49,165 nt of DNA from assembly GCA_964495345.1 (NCBI GenBank), contig CAZBVV010000002.1, positions 1-49,165 of the forward strand, written 5' to 3'. Source of the stretch: an uncultured Eubacteriales bacterium. Lineage in GTDB: Bacteria; Bacillota; Clostridia; Oscillospirales; Acutalibacteraceae. The notes below the pieces were generated by a model. The model did not search any database. It was not told the DNA's origin and saw only the letters and a list, made by a program, of their open reading frames with translations. Below are positions 45,948-49,165 of the stretch, one piece after another. The position numbers were made by a program, and so were the translations under genes. Within the stretch, counting starts at the first letter, position 1, and every line of letters begins with the position of its first letter.

Positions 45948-47330
45948 TTAGTTTGCAAGAATATATCTGATTTCGGGTGTTTTTCTGTACTTTTTGAAAA
46001 CAATCTTAATTTTATCCGATTCTACAGGCTTACCCGTGCAGATTTTTTTGTGTCCTACTGTTTTTCCCTCGGCATACTTTTTCCATTTGCCCTTAACGTC
46101 AATATAAACGGCGAATTGCTCTATGTGCTGACCGTTACGGATGTTTTCCGCAATAACCACCTTATCAAACATTTCCGTTTTGTCAAATTCAATAACGATT
46201 TCGGGCTTTCTGTCGTCTGGTGAGGGCATCCAGAAGGAATCATCGTCGGTTGCAACGTTTTGAGCTTTGTACAGTCCGCTAAGCTCACTTGATGCACTTG
46301 TTTTGCCGTCTTTAAAAAGATTGTAACCGAAAATAACTCTTAAATCATGACCTGTTGATTTAAAAATCTGTGATTCAGTATCTGTGAATTTGCCTCGCTT
46401 GTCGGGTGCAAGACCAAGCATAAGGTTGGCATTGTTGCCTACCGTTCTTGTATACAAATCAAGCAGTTTGTCTTTTGTTTTGGAGCTGTAGTCATCATCT
46501 TTTTTATAGAACCATCCCTTACGCATAGGTATAATAACCTCGCAAGGTGCCCAACGGAATGACGTTTCTTTTATGATAGCTTTTCGGGAGCCGATATCAA
46601 TTTCCATTATGCCCATTTTCTTTTGCTTTTTAGAAAAGGGAACTGTTCCGTCTTCATCATATGAATAGGATGCAGGAACACAGCTCCACTCACAATCTCT
46701 CGTTACACCTCTGCTGTTGCCAAGCCATCTGCCGTCGGGACCACGGAAAGTAATTGCACAGTCAGGCTGATGCTCACGCACGATTTTATAAATACCTTTA
46801 TAATCAATGTTAATATTTATCTCATCGTCGCATCTGTCATCAAGATACAGACAAAACAGCTCGCCGTATGATGTTACAAGCTCCGTAATCTGATTTTTAA
46901 GATATGTATTATATTCGGGTGTATTAAAGCTCTTTTCGTGCCTGTCCCAGATAGGGAAATAGATACCGAATTTAAGACCGTGTTTTCTTGCTGAATCACA
47001 GGTCATTCTTAAAAGGTCACCCTGTCCGTCAAGCCAGTTAGAATTTTTAACACAGTAATCGGTTGTGTCCGTGGGCCAGTTACAAAAACCGTCATAATGT
47101 TTTGCTGTAATTATCATGCCTTTCATCTGCAAATCTTTAACAGCCTGAGCCCATATATCCGTATCAAGATTTTCGGGGTAGAACATTTCCGGCACGGCAA
47201 ATCCGTCACCGATTTCCTTAATGGTAAAGGTGTTCATTCCGTAGTAAATTATTGCATAAAATTCCGTGTTCTGAAATTTTATCTGTCTTTCGGTTGGCTT
47301 GATATCAGCCGCAATTTCATATGATTTCAT
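45948..47330 (-). CDS. GH29 alpha-L-fucosidase with a C-terminal discoidin (F5/8 type C)-like domain, no signal peptide
   Basis: 460 aa with the AKHYDGFCNWPT block (GH29 HHDGF-type). The C-terminal approximately 130 aa are beta-rich and look like a carbohydrate-binding domain. Confidence 0.82.
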   Translation of the reverse strand: MKSYEIAADIKPTERQIKFQNTEFYAIIYYGMNTFTIKEIGDGFAVPEMFYPENLDTDIWAQAVKDLQMKGMIITAKHYDGFCNWPTDTTDYCVKNSNWLDGQGDLLRMTCDSARKHGLKFGIYFPIWDRHEKSFNTPEYNTYLKNQITELVTSYGELFCLYLDDRCDDEININIDYKGIYKIVREHQPDCAITFRGPDGRWLGNSRGVTRDCEWSCVPASYSYDEDGTVPFSKKQKKMGIMEIDIGSRKAIIKETSFRWAPCEVIIPMRKGWFYKKDDDYSSKTKDKLLDLYTRTVGNNANLMLGLAPDKRGKFTDTESQIFKSTGHDLRVIFGYNLFKDGKTSASSELSGLYKAQNVATDDDSFWMPSPDDRKPEIVIEFDKTEMFDKVVIAENIRNGQHIEQFAVYIDVKGKWKKYAEGKTVGHKKICTGKPVESDKIKIVFKKYRKTPEIRYILAN

Positions 47331-47344
47331 TTTATCTCCATATC

Positions 47345-47371
47345 AAAAAGCCGCTGTTTGTTTGCAGCGGC
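47345..47371 (-). terminator. Intrinsic terminator after the DUF1667 gene, abutting the fucosidase RBS
   Basis: GCCGCTG (47350-47356) / CAGCGGC (47365-47371) with an 8-nt loop, then T5 on the minus strand (47345-47349). Confidence 0.7.
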
Positions 47372-47380
47372 TGCACTTTA

Positions 47381-47752
47381 TTATTTTCCGTAATCGTTAT
47401 TGGTGGCAATAATGTCAACACCCGTACCGCAAACATTCTCAATGAATACCTGACCTATTTTTACGGGTGCATCAACGGTAACTTTATTGATTTCTTTCAT
47501 AACGTCAAAGATAGCACCTTTAGGAATAGGACCGCTTGTTTTACATGGAACGACAGGGTGTTCGCCGCCGTTTACCTTTACGGTTGAATGAATTGAACGT
47601 ACGGGATTTGTAACCTCCGTTCTTGCATAAGCGTCTCCGCGTTTGCAGGTGTTGCCGGTAACTGCAACAACCTCATCATTCTCAATTTCTACAGTAATCT
47701 GACAGCCTAAAGGACAGGCTACGCAAGTCATATCTTTTTTCATTCTGCTCAA
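47381..47752 (-). CDS. DUF1667 domain protein
   Basis: 123 aa. The N-terminal MTCVACPLGCQI Cys motif and the gene order after two FAD oxidoreductases are typical of this family. ATGA overlap with the upstream gene. Confidence 0.75.
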   Translation of the reverse strand: MSRMKKDMTCVACPLGCQITVEIENDEVVAVTGNTCKRGDAYARTEVTNPVRSIHSTVKVNGGEHPVVPCKTSGPIPKGAIFDVMKEINKVTVDAPVKIGQVFIENVCGTGVDIIATNNDYGK

Positions 47753-49005
47753 TCCTCCACTCTGACTTTGATTGTGCTGTTTTCATTAAGGGTAGCAAGA
47801 ACGGATGCGGGAATAACAACGTTCTCCATCTCGCCCGGAGCTAACTTAACTTTTTTCTTTGATGAAATAACAGTACCGTCAACCTCAACGGTGAGCTTTT
47901 TATTCATGTAAATTGCACCCACACGGAAATACAGCTTAACATCTTCCTGTGATTTGATGTTCACTTTTTGAGGTACAATATATCTTACGCCGTTTTCGGG
48001 AGTAGTATTGATGTAAACTTTTTCTTGTGTATCCGTGCCGAGAATATACCTTGCCGCACCTTCGCCTGCAATCTGTGATTCAAGAGTAACGTAGTCTACA
48101 AGATCGTGTACCTGAAGAACGTTACCGCAAGCAAAAATACCGGGGATTTCTGTTTCTCTCATTTCGTTAACGACAGCACCGTTTGTTATTCTGTCAAGCT
48201 CAATGCCTGCCTGTTTTGTAAGCTCATTTTCGGGAATAAGACCGACGGAAAGCATAAGAGTATCGCACTCTATGTACTCTTCCGTACCGGGAACGGGCTG
48301 TAATCTGTCGTCAACCTGTGCTATTGTAACACCTTCGAGTCTTTCTTTACCGTGAGTTTCGATAACAGTTGTGGAAAGACGCAGAGGAATGTTAAAGTCG
48401 TCAAGACATTGAACGATATTTCTTGTAAGACCGCCTGAGAAAGGCATAAGCTCGCAAACAACCTTAACCTCAGCACCTTCAAGAGTCATTCTTCTTGCCA
48501 TGATAAGTCCGATATCGCCCGAACCCAAAATAACAACCTTTTTACCGGGCATATAGCCGTCAATATTAACGTATTTCTGTGCTGTACCTGCTGTCATGAT
48601 ACCGGAAGCTCTTGTACCTGCAATCTGCAAAGCACCTCTTGGTCTTTCACGGCAACCCATAGCAAGAATAACTGCTTTTGCCTGTATCTGAATAAGTCCG
48701 TCAACAGTATTAACGGCAGTAACAACTTTTTCTTCACTTACGGAAAGAACCATTGTGTTTATTTTAACTTCAATATCGGTTTCTTTAACAAGGTCAATAA
48801 ATCTTGCGGCATATTCGGGACCTGAAAGCTCCTCACCGAAATAATGAAGACCAAAGCCTGTGTGAATACATTGTTCAAGAATACCGCCGAGAGTCTCAGC
48901 TCTTTCAAGAATAAGGATTTTATCTACACCGCATTCTTTTGCTTTAAGAGCCGCCGCCATACCTGCAGGGCCGCCGCCCACTACAACAAGGTCATAGTTA
49001 ATCAT
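47749..49005 (-). CDS. NAD(P)/FAD-dependent oxidoreductase (pyridine nucleotide-disulfide oxidoreductase family)
   Basis: 418 aa with DLVVVGGGPAGMAAA and a second dinucleotide motif VVILGSGDIGLIMA. A GAGGTGA RBS precedes the start. Confidence 0.8.
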   Translation of the reverse strand: MINYDLVVVGGGPAGMAAALKAKECGVDKILILERAETLGGILEQCIHTGFGLHYFGEELSGPEYAARFIDLVKETDIEVKINTMVLSVSEEKVVTAVNTVDGLIQIQAKAVILAMGCRERPRGALQIAGTRASGIMTAGTAQKYVNIDGYMPGKKVVILGSGDIGLIMARRMTLEGAEVKVVCELMPFSGGLTRNIVQCLDDFNIPLRLSTTVIETHGKERLEGVTIAQVDDRLQPVPGTEEYIECDTLMLSVGLIPENELTKQAGIELDRITNGAVVNEMRETEIPGIFACGNVLQVHDLVDYVTLESQIAGEGAARYILGTDTQEKVYINTTPENGVRYIVPQKVNIKSQEDVKLYFRVGAIYMNKKLTVEVDGTVISSKKKVKLAPGEMENVVIPASVLATLNENSTIKVRVED

Positions 49006-49016
49006 TATTCTTCACC

Positions 49017-49165
49017 TCACTTTGTTTTCTCAAACAGAATGTTTGAGTTGCCGCCGAATTTAGTAATTTCATTAATACTGCAACCAAGCTCACGGGCAAG
49101 AATCTCAACAACCTTTGAGCCGCAGAAACCGCCCTGACATCTGCCCATACCTGCTCTTGTTCTTC
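49017..49165 (-). CDS. C-terminal end of a GlpA-like FAD-dependent oxidoreductase with a BFD-like [2Fe-2S] domain (5' part outside the window)
   Basis: Reverse-strand translation gives ...RTRAGMGRCQGGFCGSKVVEILARELGCSINEITKFGGNSNILFEKTK*. RAGMGRCQGGFC is the BFD-like iron-sulfur motif found at the C-terminus of anaerobic glycerol-3-phosphate-dehydrogenase-like enzymes. Confidence 0.7.
   Translation of the reverse strand, partial: RTRAGMGRCQGGFCGSKVVEILARELGCSINEITKFGGNSNILFEKTK

Noticed and set aside
1-49165. A scan for CRISPR repeats, tRNA/rRNA/tmRNA/RNase P-like structures, riboswitch or T-box leaders, IS/transposase/integrase genes, prophage genes, toxin-antitoxin pairs and known defence genes.
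   Set aside because: Every intergenic gap is 249 nt or shorter and is accounted for by promoters, terminators or the repeat-rich spacers reported above. No ORF shows transposase, integrase, nuclease-helicase or toxin-like motifs. This was visual inspection only, so tRNAscan/Infernal and defence-system HMM scans should confirm the negative result.

Overview
This window looks like ordinary core chromosome from an AT-rich, spore-forming Firmicute. It is Clostridia-like: spoIIR is present, Shine-Dalgarno sites are of the GGAGG type, and TTG/GTG starts are frequent. I can support 46 tightly packed protein-coding genes, two of them cut by the window edges, and almost all have recognisable functions. 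Housekeeping genes: ispE, murC, pgi, yceD-rpmF, der, ruvCAB, glmM, ecfA1-ecfA2-ecfT-truA, mtaB, tcdA. Envelope and lipid genes: PBP5-type carboxypeptidase, cvpA, a pgsA-like gene, mltG, a GH25 muramidase. Also present are one two-component system, cytoplasmic glycosidases (GH38, GH29) and a GlpA-like/oxidoreductase/DUF1667 trio. I saw no rRNA, tRNA, CRISPR array, transposase, integrase, phage gene or recognisable defence gene, and I do not find a convincing new multi-gene system here. All family calls come from motif recognition by eye, not from database searches. Items worth a second look: (1) three exported hydrolases that end in look-alike amphipathic C-terminal helices; (2) a soluble DUF2156 (MprF C-terminal-like) + GNAT fusion beside a PgsA-like gene; (3) an orphan 138-aa P-loop protein; (4) two convergent intergenic spacers with far more repeat or palindrome structure than terminators require; (5) several promoter, terminator and start-codon oddities (MerR-type 19-bp-spacer promoter, leaderless candidates, terminators abutting the next RBS).
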